From IMG/VR virus record IMGVR_UViG_3300022822_000010: a stretch of DNA of 64,000 nucleotides. One strand, given 5' to 3'. The notes beneath the pieces are model-generated. The model was not told the DNA's origin and ran no database searches. It worked only from the letters and a program-made list of their open reading frames with translations. This DNA is from an uncultured virus (IMG/VR IMGVR_UViG_3300022822_000010) (Duplodnaviria; Heunggongvirae; Uroviricota; Caudoviricetes). Position numbers and translations under genes: made by a program. Each line of letters starts with the position of its first letter. The first letter of the stretch is position 1. Below are positions 56,142 through 64,000 of this stretch, piece by piece.

Positions 56142-56143
56142 AA

Positions 56144-56590
56144 TTAAGCACCTGCGGTAAATTTCCGCCATTCTATAATGTTTTTAATAGTATTGCCCCT
56201 GAATCGAACATTACCCATAATCTCGTTTAGAGTCTCAACCGTAATCTTTATCTCATCTATGCTATACTTAGCCTCAATTAAGTCAGGGTCAGCATCATAA
56301 AATTTATCCATATCACTTTTCATGACTCTCAAGCCGTTCAGCGGGTCGTAATCCCAACCAAGATCATCCATTTCTTCTTTAGATAACTTACCGTTGTACC
56401 AAAGAAACTTATTCTTGACGAGTATGCTATATTTTGCTTCGCGCTTTTTGAGAATCATTCTGTGTACTGATAGAATTTCTAGGTATTTGCTGTGTATTCT
56501 AGCTGATGCGATTGAGGCATCGTCTAGTAGATTTTGGTCAATAATCGAGTCTTCTTTCCACATTGATATAATTTTTTCGAGGTCAAGCAT
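56144..56590 (-). CDS. uvsY: recombination mediator UvsY
   Basis: HSKYL...WYNGK...IKNIIEWRKF; synteny. Confidence 0.9.
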   Translation of the reverse strand: MLDLEKIISMWKEDSIIDQNLLDDASIASARIHSKYLEILSVHRMILKKREAKYSILVKNKFLWYNGKLSKEEMDDLGWDYDPLNGLRVMKSDMDKFYDADPDLIEAKYSIDEIKITVETLNEIMGNVRFRGNTIKNIIEWRKFTAGA

Positions 56591-56602
56591 ATAGTCGCCA
56601 TG

Positions 56603-57115
56603 TTAAAGTATTTTATAATAAGAGTATTCAAAGCTAACCGAAGCCATAAGGTATTCGATGGTTTCGACGCCGCTGTCAAATTCGAGGGTAGATAATGAAA
56701 CGGGGAATGCGCTAGCAAACAGTATTTCTTTTATTGGATTGTTGTGAGAGTCTAGTATGATTAATGTAATATCTCGTTGCTTCGTTGCCGTAAAATTGCT
56801 GTCGGGATTATTTACTTGACCGACGATCCAATCGTGTATCTCTATATAGTTAGTCAATTTCTCATCAACTATGAACTGTAAGTCTAACGGAGAATATTCG
56901 ATGCGGTCCCCAATCATACCTACATTTCTCTGCGTAGCGCTGTAGTTCGCTTTTGGTAGTGATATCGGTGGTATTGATGCGGTCTTTACAAGATATTCGA
57001 CATTCTTGTATGTCATGTTATCTATGACTAACGCAAAACTGTTTGGAGCAAGAAAGTTAATATCTTTGTTTTTGGTACTCTCTTTTGCTAAGTCTATATC
57101 TGTATTATATATCAT
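56603..57115 (-). CDS. 3: tail tube terminator gp3-like protein
   Basis: NFLAPNSF, FIVDEKLTNY.EIHDW, FPVSLS; late promoter upstream. Confidence 0.85.
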   Translation of the reverse strand: MIYNTDIDLAKESTKNKDINFLAPNSFALVIDNMTYKNVEYLVKTASIPPISLPKANYSATQRNVGMIGDRIEYSPLDLQFIVDEKLTNYIEIHDWIVGQVNNPDSNFTATKQRDITLIILDSHNNPIKEILFASAFPVSLSTLEFDSGVETIEYLMASVSFEYSYYKIL

Positions 57116-57139
57116 TTATTCGCCTCCATAGGGTAATTG

Positions 57140-57147
57140 TATTTATA
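57140..57147 (-). promoter_or_regulatory. T4-type late promoter
   Basis: Exact TATAAATA upstream of gene 3. Confidence 0.8.
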
Positions 57148-57178
57148 AGGCATTTCGATAAGTGTAAACTCAAGACGT

Positions 57179-57201
57179 AAAAAAGGGGCCGAAGCCCCTT
57201 T
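57179..57201 (-). terminator. intrinsic terminator after gene 23
   Basis: AGGGGC-TTCG-GCCCCT followed by a T-run on the minus strand. Confidence 0.9.
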
Positions 57202-57223
57202 AGATATTAAAGCAAATTAGCAC

Positions 57224-58558
57224 TTATGCTAAGATGTTACGTACTCCGAAGATACGGTAGTATAAATTACTACGAACCGCACCAATCTCACCAGTCTGAT
57301 CCATGTACGGGTTAGCAACCATACCGTAACGGGTCTTGAAACCGATTTTTGGTTGGAAAGTATTTTCACCAACAGCGCGAACCATAGTTAATGGGACATA
57401 CGGTGCGTAGAAGATACCAGCATCATAAGCATTTGAACCTTTGTAGCCAACAGTAACATAGTTCTGAGTAGCGTATGGGTCAAGATAAACTTTAAGTCCA
57501 CCAGTTACAACACCGACAAAAGTAGTACCAGTCACGTCAGACGCGATCGCAGCATTTCCTGATAGGGCTGTAGTGTTATCTAACAAACCAGAAGCAGAAA
57601 GGATAGCAGCAACGTCGGCAGAAACCAACATGAAGTTACCTTTACCACGACGTGTGTCGATAGCGATTTGGTTAGCTTCACGCATAATGTGAACAAGCAA
57701 ACCTTTATACTTTTCTAGAGACCAACGACCGTCTGAGTCAGTAGCTAAGTCAAATACACCTTTAACAGCAACTTCAGCTTGCTGAGCGCCTAACTTCGCG
57801 CGGGTGTTAATTGTACGAACAACTTCACGGTTTATCTCGGCAAGAATCTCGCCAGATAGGATAGTCGCTAATTCACTTTCAGCGTCTAGGCCATGGATAG
57901 CTTTAAGGTCTTGCGCTAATTCCATTGTGTATTCTGCTTTCAAAGCACGAGACTTAGCAGTTACAGTAGTCTTGTCGATTGAGAAGCTCATTTCTGGGAA
58001 AGAGTTATCAGCAGCATCACCTAGTGCTTCGGCTTCAGCGGTACTCATACCCGTACCAACAATTGAGCTAGCAGCAGCATCGACGATATCATTACTATCG
58101 GCATCAGCGAATGGGTCAGCAATACCAGTAGCAGAACCAACAGTTGCTTGATTACCAGAAAATGCGGTGTCGGCTTCGTTGAACAATGCTTCAGTACCGT
58201 TGTTTGTTCCATCACGGTTCTTAGCGTAAGTTGACTTCATTGCGAAGATAAGTCCAGTTGGACCAGTCATTGGTTGTACACCAGCAATATCATAAGCAAT
58301 AAGGTTAGGCATAGCACGTCTCACCAACGAGATCAAGATTGGATCCCATTTAGCAGCACCAACAACAGAAGAGTTGTTAGAAACCGGAGCAGCTTCTGTC
58401 ATAAAGTTAGAGTGGTTATTCTCTTCTGCGAGAGCCTTCTCTGTGTTTTCTAGCAATACTGCGGTAACAGCAGCACGGTGCGAGTCAGCAAATGCTGGCG
58501 CGTCGGTAGACTCCATTACTGGTGCCCATTTTTTCTTTAAGAGTTCTGAGTTAAACAT
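57224..58558 (-). CDS. 23: major capsid protein gp23
   Basis: KWAPV, LVRRAMPNLIAYDIAGVQPMTGPTG, KSRALKAEYT, FQPKIGFKTRYG. Confidence 0.98.
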   Translation of the reverse strand: MFNSELLKKKWAPVMESTDAPAFADSHRAAVTAVLLENTEKALAEENNHSNFMTEAAPVSNNSSVVGAAKWDPILISLVRRAMPNLIAYDIAGVQPMTGPTGLIFAMKSTYAKNRDGTNNGTEALFNEADTAFSGNQATVGSATGIADPFADADSNDIVDAAASSIVGTGMSTAEAEALGDAADNSFPEMSFSIDKTTVTAKSRALKAEYTMELAQDLKAIHGLDAESELATILSGEILAEINREVVRTINTRAKLGAQQAEVAVKGVFDLATDSDGRWSLEKYKGLLVHIMREANQIAIDTRRGKGNFMLVSADVAAILSASGLLDNTTALSGNAAIASDVTGTTFVGVVTGGLKVYLDPYATQNYVTVGYKGSNAYDAGIFYAPYVPLTMVRAVGENTFQPKIGFKTRYGMVANPYMDQTGEIGAVRSNLYYRIFGVRNILA

Positions 58559-58576
58559 TTTGTAAATCCTTGGTAT

Positions 58577-59632
58577 TTAGTGAGATTTTTTTAGAGCGGT
58601 AAGATAAGATTCCATACGGCTACTAACGATTGGGTCACCGCTTTCTTGTAGCTCTTCAGCTTCGTCTTTTACGACTACGGTCTTAATTTTAAAATAGCTT
58701 TCTTTGATAGTCGCGATCTTAGAAGTGAATGCTTTCTCGTTACGGAAGTCTACATCTTCGACTAAAGACTTGAGTTTTTCGCCTTGGGCAGCAGATAGAT
58801 CAGCGGAATTTTCCGATATAATCTTGTCTCTCATTAGAATCTTATTAGCTTCATATAGCGACATAGCTTTCTGAACCTCTTCATTATAGGATTCTTCGAG
58901 TTCTTCTACTTTAAGCGCAAGTTCTTCTACTAGGTCCGCTTTACTTTCTGGTACTTCGATGTAATGTTCAGAAAATACGCTTTGAAGTTTCTCCATAAAC
59001 GACTCTGAAATTTCGGAACGCAAACCGCTATCAACCGCCAGCTTGTTTTCTTCCATCCAAGACTCAACTACGTAGTTTAAATAAGAATCTACTTTTTCTA
59101 CGAGGTCTGTTTTGACAGCAGTAATTTCTTCCGATAATACTTCAGCGTATTGATCTTCGAGACTATCGACAGCTTCTGATAATTTTGATGCCATAGCAGC
59201 CTCAAAAATAACACCAGCTTTTTCGCGGAATGCTTCAGACAAAGTAGCTTCGCCTTCAACAAGCGCATCTAGATCGTCGCCAAAATCAACATCTTCCAGC
59301 TTGGTCTTAGGCATTTCTGCAGAAGCTCTTGATTTTTTCGCAACAGGCTTTTTTGCTACTTTCTTAGCAGAAGCTTTAATAGCAGCGAATGTAGCATCAT
59401 CGGCTCCGTTAATAGCTAAATCTAAATCTTCGTCCAAATCGTCTTCATCTTCGTCTTCGTCGTCTTCGTCGTAATCTTCGCCTTCGTTGTATCCAGCTCG
59501 CATAGTCATTTTCTTTTTAGCCGACATCGACATCTTGTCTTTCATTTCAGCTTTCAATTTTTTTTCCGCGATTAAATCAGTGTCTTCGACGATTTCATCT
59601 TGGAGGTCAGTCTTATTAACGTTTTTCAACAT
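58577..59632 (-). CDS. 22: prohead core scaffold gp22
   Basis: LSEAFREKAGVIFEAA, VDSYLNYVVESW; synteny; likely start MLKNV. Confidence 0.92.
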   Translation of the reverse strand: MLKNVNKTDLQDEIVEDTDLIAEKKLKAEMKDKMSMSAKKKMTMRAGYNEGEDYDEDDEDEDEDDLDEDLDLAINGADDATFAAIKASAKKVAKKPVAKKSRASAEMPKTKLEDVDFGDDLDALVEGEATLSEAFREKAGVIFEAAMASKLSEAVDSLEDQYAEVLSEEITAVKTDLVEKVDSYLNYVVESWMEENKLAVDSGLRSEISESFMEKLQSVFSEHYIEVPESKADLVEELALKVEELEESYNEEVQKAMSLYEANKILMRDKIISENSADLSAAQGEKLKSLVEDVDFRNEKAFTSKIATIKESYFKIKTVVVKDEAEELQESGDPIVSSRMESYLTALKKSH

Positions 59633-59744
59633 TATTGTTATACTCCTATGAGTTAAAGTTCGAGAGGACACCGCTAATTGCAATCTCAGTCTCACTTACC
59701 ATACTTTCAAAATGCCCATTATTATATTTACTTCTTATTTATAC

Positions 59745-60395
59745 TTATAAAGTATTTAAGAAATTCTTGAACAAACGCATTGACGTATCTGCATCAATGA
59801 TTTTGTGATTCTCTTTTACAAACTTGGTCTGGTTCTCAAGCACCTCTTTAGTCCACTCACCGCGTGAGTTAAATATCCATTCAGCGCCTTCCATTATACC
59901 GTTAACAAACGCGTCGTGGGCGCTAGGGTCCTGAACGATATCGACTGTACTTAACATAAAATCTTTTCCGACAGTCAAAGTACCATCGCGCTGTCTATCA
60001 ACCGAACCCATACCGCGAGTTGAGACGCCTAGTTTGACCCCGCCCTCAAGCAAGTCTTGCGCTATCATTCCCATCGGGGTGTTTAATATCTTTGCTTTAC
60101 CGATAACATTGTCGCCTTCCCAAACTAACGAAGTGATAAGATGAGACACTTTATCTAAATTAATAGTTGGCCCTTCGGGGTGATTAAGTTCACCGACCGA
60201 ACGACCTTTGGAAACTTGCTCCGTGACGTATTTGTTTACAGCGCCTTCCATGATTGATTTAGGGTATACTCGACCGTTACGATTCTTGGCTTCACTTTGC
60301 ATGAAGATACCTTCAATGAATTGAATCTTCTTACCGCCAACCGCTTCTGATATATATTCAAGCTCTTGCTCAAAGTCTTCGCTTAATAGTTTCAT
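59745..60395 (-). CDS. 21: prohead protease gp21
   Basis: IEGIFMQ, NRNGRVYP, GELNHP, GVSTRGMGS, DIVQDPSA. Confidence 0.96.
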   Translation of the reverse strand: MKLLSEDFEQELEYISEAVGGKKIQFIEGIFMQSEAKNRNGRVYPKSIMEGAVNKYVTEQVSKGRSVGELNHPEGPTINLDKVSHLITSLVWEGDNVIGKAKILNTPMGMIAQDLLEGGVKLGVSTRGMGSVDRQRDGTLTVGKDFMLSTVDIVQDPSAHDAFVNGIMEGAEWIFNSRGEWTKEVLENQTKFVKENHKIIDADTSMRLFKNFLNTL

Positions 60396-60396
60396 A

Positions 60397-60597
60397 TTAT
60401 TGCCCCATTAGTTCGACAAATTGGTAGATGGCTTCTTCAGCTGCCTTGATACTCTCAAACTTATCTAACACATCACCATCTATTGTTGCGACAAATTTCG
60501 AACCCGATTTTTTAATAACGGCTTTGTGTTTCATTTTACCGACAGCAAATGACTTACCCGAAGCTTCCGCGATAAGTTGCTTATAAGTCTTCATCAT
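60397..60597 (-). CDS. small prohead core protein (gp68 position)
   Basis: MKTYKQLIAE N-terminus; lies between genes 20 and 21. Confidence 0.65.
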   Translation of the reverse strand: MMKTYKQLIAEASGKSFAVGKMKHKAVIKKSGSKFVATIDGDVLDKFESIKAAEEAIYQFVELMGQ

Positions 60598-60751
60598 CGA
60601 CCGCTTTCTGAGGACTCATTGATGCGCCAATTTCGGGTCGTCTTGCTTCGATTGCGTCCGATATACGACTTCTTAGTTCGCCGGTGAACTCTGATTTGGC
60701 TTCAGAGGTGTTACCGTTTTCGAGAGCGGTAATAAAATTTTCGATTGACAT
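60581..60751 (-). CDS. small prohead core protein (gp67-like, 56 aa)
   Basis: Manual translation MSIENFITALENGNTSEAKSEF...; follows the late promoter at 60770. Confidence 0.65.
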   Translation of the reverse strand: MSIENFITALENGNTSEAKSEFTGELRSRISDAIEARRPEIGASMSPQKAVDDEDL

Positions 60752-60769
60752 AATTAGTTTCCTTTAAGT

Positions 60770-60777
60770 TATTTATA
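60770..60777 (-). promoter_or_regulatory. T4-type late promoter
   Basis: Exact TATAAATA at the position equivalent to T4 P67. Confidence 0.8.
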
Positions 60778-60794
60778 ATAATAATTATTTTAAG

Positions 60795-62669
60795 TTATTC
60801 TTCATCAAGTTCGTTACTTTCGTCAACAGGAACGCAATTTGGTACTTGCTTGCCTCCTTTCTTTTTCATGCCAACTTGTTTGTATCCATCCCAACAAGGG
60901 TCGTCGTCTTCTTCACTAACGCTATCTTTAGGGACGCAGTTTGGCACTTGCTTACCATTCTTATTTTTCATACCAAGTTGAGTGTAATTTTTCCAACAAG
61001 GGTCGTTTTCGTCTTCATTTACATCTTCTATGGGTACGCAGTTTGGCACTTGCTTACCATTCTTATTTTTCATGCCGAGCTGTTGATAACCATCCCAGCA
61101 AGGGTCGTCTTTATCTTTCTTCTTTTCGGTTATAATAGGCCCCTCAACATTTTTGCTTTCAAACGAGTCTGACGGGGTTGGGTTGGCTTTTTCTTCAGCT
61201 TCAATTTGTTTTATAATTTCCGCAATCTCGTCTTCTTTCTGCATTAAGATATTCTTACGAACCCATTCAGCGCTGTAATAACGCCCGACAAACTCATCAA
61301 CTTCTCTTAGCGTACCGATTCGCTCGCGAAGCAATTCAGCATTCTTCATCTCAGCAAAATAAGAGTCGCTTATGTAATCGACGTTAATATACTGCCTCAT
61401 GTCTTCCCACTCTTCTTGGGTAACGACGCCTTTCAAAATAAGTTGAGTTTGAAGTAAGTCGATGAACAAGTATGAGAATTTCTTTCTGAGACGGTTGATT
61501 AACTTTTGGAATTTTAATTCTTCGCGAGTAGTCTCTGATGCCCGTCCTAAACTCACCATAGCATTATCTTCGGGGTTTAATCTGGAATACGGGACAACGA
61601 GCGATTTATAGACCTTCTTTTGGAAGTATACTATATCGTCGATTTGTCCAAGGTTCTCTCCACCCGGCAACGTTGTGATTTCAGTACCGCGACCACCTTC
61701 ACGACGAGGCAACCAGAAATCTTCTAGCATAGACATGTGAGCTTTGTCGTCTTTCATTTCGCCTGTAGTAGCGTCATAAACCATTTTATTACGATAGCGA
61801 TTCATGATTCCTTGTAAGTAAGCTTCAGCCTTACCTTTAGGCAAATTACCAACATCGATATAGAATATGCGTCTCTCGGGTGCGCGCGACAATCGATAGA
61901 TAACAAGAGCGTCTTCCATCATACGTAATTGGTTAATTGGCTTCATCGATTTATGAAGATACGAATGAACCTGTGTTCTTGATGGATCTAATAACCCGCT
62001 TGTTACGTAGGCAATCGAGTCTTTTGATATTTTTAATCCAGTAGCGGATGCATGGTTTGTTACGTTACCGATACCGCCTTTTTCAAATATGAAGTATTCG
62101 TCTGTACCTGTTATCAATTCCGTACCAGTTTTGGGGTCTTTATCCTTGATAATTTCTCTAATTTTACGTATCTTTGTAGAGTCGATCGGACGTATGTCAA
62201 TCAATCCTTCTTTTGGGTTAGCTTCGTCTATAATCTTGTGGAAATAGATTCTACCGTCTACATACCAACGCTTGAATATGTCGTGAGCATACCAATTCAA
62301 ATTAAGGAGGTTACACACGTGCTCAAACTCTGATCGGATCATATCTTTGATTTTGTCTGGTTGATCAAGGTCGTCCATTATTAACCCCACCGGAGTCGAA
62401 CCTTCATCAGATACGATCGCTTCATTAACGATATCGTCGATCGCAGCATCAGCTTCGCCTTGTTGGGCAGCTTCGCGATATTTAAGAATTAATTCGCGGT
62501 CATTTTTAGCGCGAGTACCTTCCATGTCGAGGTATGCGCCGTAGTGCCCACCAGCATCGACCGTATAGCCGCCGTCATCTTCTTCGCCCGAAGGGACGAA
62601 AGAGACTTTTTTACTCTCTATCTCCTCTTCGGCTTTATTCCTACTAATAGTGTACCCAAAGATTTCCAT
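60795..62669 (-). CDS. 20: portal protein gp20 with a C-terminal repeat extension
   Basis: WYVDGRI, NQLRMMEDALVIYRLSRAPERRIFYIDVGNLP, EDFWLPRREGGRGTEI. Confidence 0.97.
   Translation of the reverse strand: MEIFGYTISRNKAEEEIESKKVSFVPSGEEDDGGYTVDAGGHYGAYLDMEGTRAKNDRELILKYREAAQQGEADAAIDDIVNEAIVSDEGSTPVGLIMDDLDQPDKIKDMIRSEFEHVCNLLNLNWYAHDIFKRWYVDGRIYFHKIIDEANPKEGLIDIRPIDSTKIRKIREIIKDKDPKTGTELITGTDEYFIFEKGGIGNVTNHASATGLKISKDSIAYVTSGLLDPSRTQVHSYLHKSMKPINQLRMMEDALVIYRLSRAPERRIFYIDVGNLPKGKAEAYLQGIMNRYRNKMVYDATTGEMKDDKAHMSMLEDFWLPRREGGRGTEITTLPGGENLGQIDDIVYFQKKVYKSLVVPYSRLNPEDNAMVSLGRASETTREELKFQKLINRLRKKFSYLFIDLLQTQLILKGVVTQEEWEDMRQYINVDYISDSYFAEMKNAELLRERIGTLREVDEFVGRYYSAEWVRKNILMQKEDEIAEIIKQIEAEEKANPTPSDSFESKNVEGPIITEKKKDKDDPCWDGYQQLGMKNKNGKQVPNCVPIEDVNEDENDPCWKNYTQLGMKNKNGKQVPNCVPKDSVSEEDDDPCWDGYKQVGMKKKGGKQVPNCVPVDESNELDEE
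60828..61109 (-). repeat. three 102-bp tandem repeats encoding DPCWxxYxQxGMKxKxGKQVPNCVP
   Basis: Visible in both the protein and the DNA. Confidence 0.92.
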
Positions 62670-62699
62670 TATTTACTCATTAATTATTTGTTTACTATC

Positions 62700-62707
62700 T
62701 ATTTATA
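62700..62707 (-). promoter_or_regulatory. T4-type late promoter for gene 20
   Basis: Exact TATAAATA. Confidence 0.8.
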
Positions 62708-62711
62708 ACAT

Positions 62712-62735
62712 AAAAAAGGGGCCTTAAGCCCCTTT
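62712..62735 (-). terminator. intrinsic terminator after gene 19
   Basis: AAAGGGGC-TTAAG-GCCCCTTTTTT on the minus strand. Confidence 0.85.
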
Positions 62736-62749
62736 ACGCGTAAACTAGA

Positions 62750-63262
62750 TTATAATCGAGAGAAGCTAGTGACTTGAAACTCAACGGTAAATTCTTCGAT
62801 AGTGTTCTCGGAATCATAACTCAAATCGATCGCGGATATATTCGAAGGCCAGACACCGACAAACTTATATCCAGTTTGCTTATTTCCGGCACGGTCTAGT
62901 TGATAAACCGTACCATCAGACATATATAAAGAAGGCTCTTGAAGCTCAGATATATTCGTGCCTACTGCGTTCAATCGGTCCATCCAGTCTTCAATAGACT
63001 TTCGTATCTTCATATCGACGTCATTGACGACGGTCACGGTCCAAGGTTCGAAAGTACGATCTCCTGCTATCTGTAATTGCCGACCTCGGAAAGGGATCAT
63101 AATCGGCGAGATTACAGACGAAGGTAGGACCGAACCCTTTACAAGAAACATATCGTTTCCATTTAACCCTTGAGCAAGTACCGGCAACTCGACTTCGAAG
63201 TAGTTAGCGCGAGCACCACCACCGATCAAAGCTGCCTTCATGTTTTCTATATTTAAAGCCAT
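62750..63262 (-). CDS. 19: tail tube protein gp19
   Basis: GGARANYF, PFRGR, AGDRTFEPWTVTV, IEEFTVEF. Confidence 0.96.
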   Translation of the reverse strand: MALNIENMKAALIGGGARANYFEVELPVLAQGLNGNDMFLVKGSVLPSSVISPIMIPFRGRQLQIAGDRTFEPWTVTVVNDVDMKIRKSIEDWMDRLNAVGTNISELQEPSLYMSDGTVYQLDRAGNKQTGYKFVGVWPSNISAIDLSYDSENTIEEFTVEFQVTSFSRL

Positions 63263-63273
63263 TATCTTATTCC

Positions 63274-64000
63274 TTATTTACCGATGATTTCGTTAAAGTC
63301 TACACCAGTTCGAGTAGCGATGAAATTCAATGTTATGAAGTTAATTGAACGGTTAGGCTTAATATAAATATCAGCAACAAATCCGTTAGTGTCTATTACT
63401 TGACCAGTGTTGTTGGTAGTATCACAAACAACTTCAAAATCTATTATACCACGACGACCCAAAACGTTTCTTAAGAATGGTTCAACCGTTCCGCGAAATT
63501 GCGCTCTGGTGAAAGAATCGTTAAACTCAAACAACTGAAACTTAGCAGCAGTTGCTATAGCCTTTTCAAGTACGATAAACAACCGACGAACATTTATGCG
63601 GTCGAATGCGCTCGGTTTTGATTGAGCCGTTCTATCGCCAAACAAAATAGTCCCTTCTCCGGGAAAAGTAACGATTGGGTTAATACGCGATTGGTATAAC
63701 TCGTCGCGGAAAGCTTTTTTAGGATTAAACGCAACTTTCGTAACAGCGCGTAATACGCCGCGATTATAACCAGCTGGAGAAAACCAAGTGTCTGCTACGT
63801 TGTCGGTATAAGCGCATAAACCAGCGACAGAAGAAGAAGCAGGAATCCAAAGATATTGATCGTTGTACTTGTCGTATACTTTAAGCGCAGTTGAGTCGAT
63901 AACAGCGTATGAAGAAGATCCTATTAAATCTGCCCATGCGATTAAATTAGAAGTTGGGTCGTCTACGCCAACAGTTAAACTAGCAGGAGGCGAAACAAAG
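63274..64000 (-). CDS. 18: tail sheath protein gp18, C-terminal part (start lies outside the window)
   Basis: WFSPAGYNRG, SAFDRINVRRLF, IKPNRSINFITLNFIA. Confidence 0.96.
   Translation of the reverse strand, partial: FVSPPASLTVGVDDPTSNLIAWADLIGSSSYAVIDSTALKVYDKYNDQYLWIPASSSVAGLCAYTDNVADTWFSPAGYNRGVLRAVTKVAFNPKKAFRDELYQSRINPIVTFPGEGTILFGDRTAQSKPSAFDRINVRRLFIVLEKAIATAAKFQLFEFNDSFTRAQFRGTVEPFLRNVLGRRGIIDFEVVCDTTNNTGQVIDTNGFVADIYIKPNRSINFITLNFIATRTGVDFNEIIGK

Noticed and set aside
295..63173. Numerous other 60-130-aa plus-strand ORFs in the track
   Set aside because: They overlap well-supported minus-strand genes and show no recognisable motifs.
1..64000. tRNA or rRNA genes
   Set aside because: No cloverleaf with a T-loop/CCA pattern was recognised in the short intergenic gaps; tRNAscan-SE would be needed to exclude them formally.

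Overview
This window is a 64-kb segment of a T4-like (Tevenvirinae-type) myovirus genome, with essentially all genes on the minus strand. The gene content (phoH, cobS-like AAA/VWA pair, Hsp20, cytidyltransferase, class Ia nrdAB) suggests an aquatic phage of a proteobacterial host, though this is an inference. From right to left it holds tail sheath/tube, portal and head genes (18, 19, 20, 21, 22, 23), then 3, uvsY, uvsW, 55, 47, 46, 45, 44, 62, regA, 43, ligase, uvsX, 41, nrdAB, rnh, denV-like, phoH and topoisomerase 39/52. Four things stand out. (1) A compact candidate DNA hypermodification operon (30.4-34.1 kb): TET/JBP-type 2OG-Fe(II) dioxygenase, stand-alone class II glutamine amidotransferase, amino-acid:DNA transferase (aGPT-Pplase) and P-loop kinase. 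(2) A late-promoter-driven cluster (16-24 kb) whose proteins mostly begin with a T4 internal-protein capsid-targeting-like peptide (M-K-x-F-x-x-F/Y-x-x-E). They include nuclease-like, ligase-like and nucleotidyltransferase enzymes that may be packaged and injected. (3) A perfectly duplicated 90-bp divergent-promoter element, 38 kb apart, that fires against the genome orientation into non-coding DNA carrying GNA-triloop hairpins (candidate origins or sRNAs). (4) About 23 near-consensus sigma70 promoters, some forming repeated promoter/stem-loop/RBS cassettes. All family assignments come from motif recognition by eye; no database searches were run.
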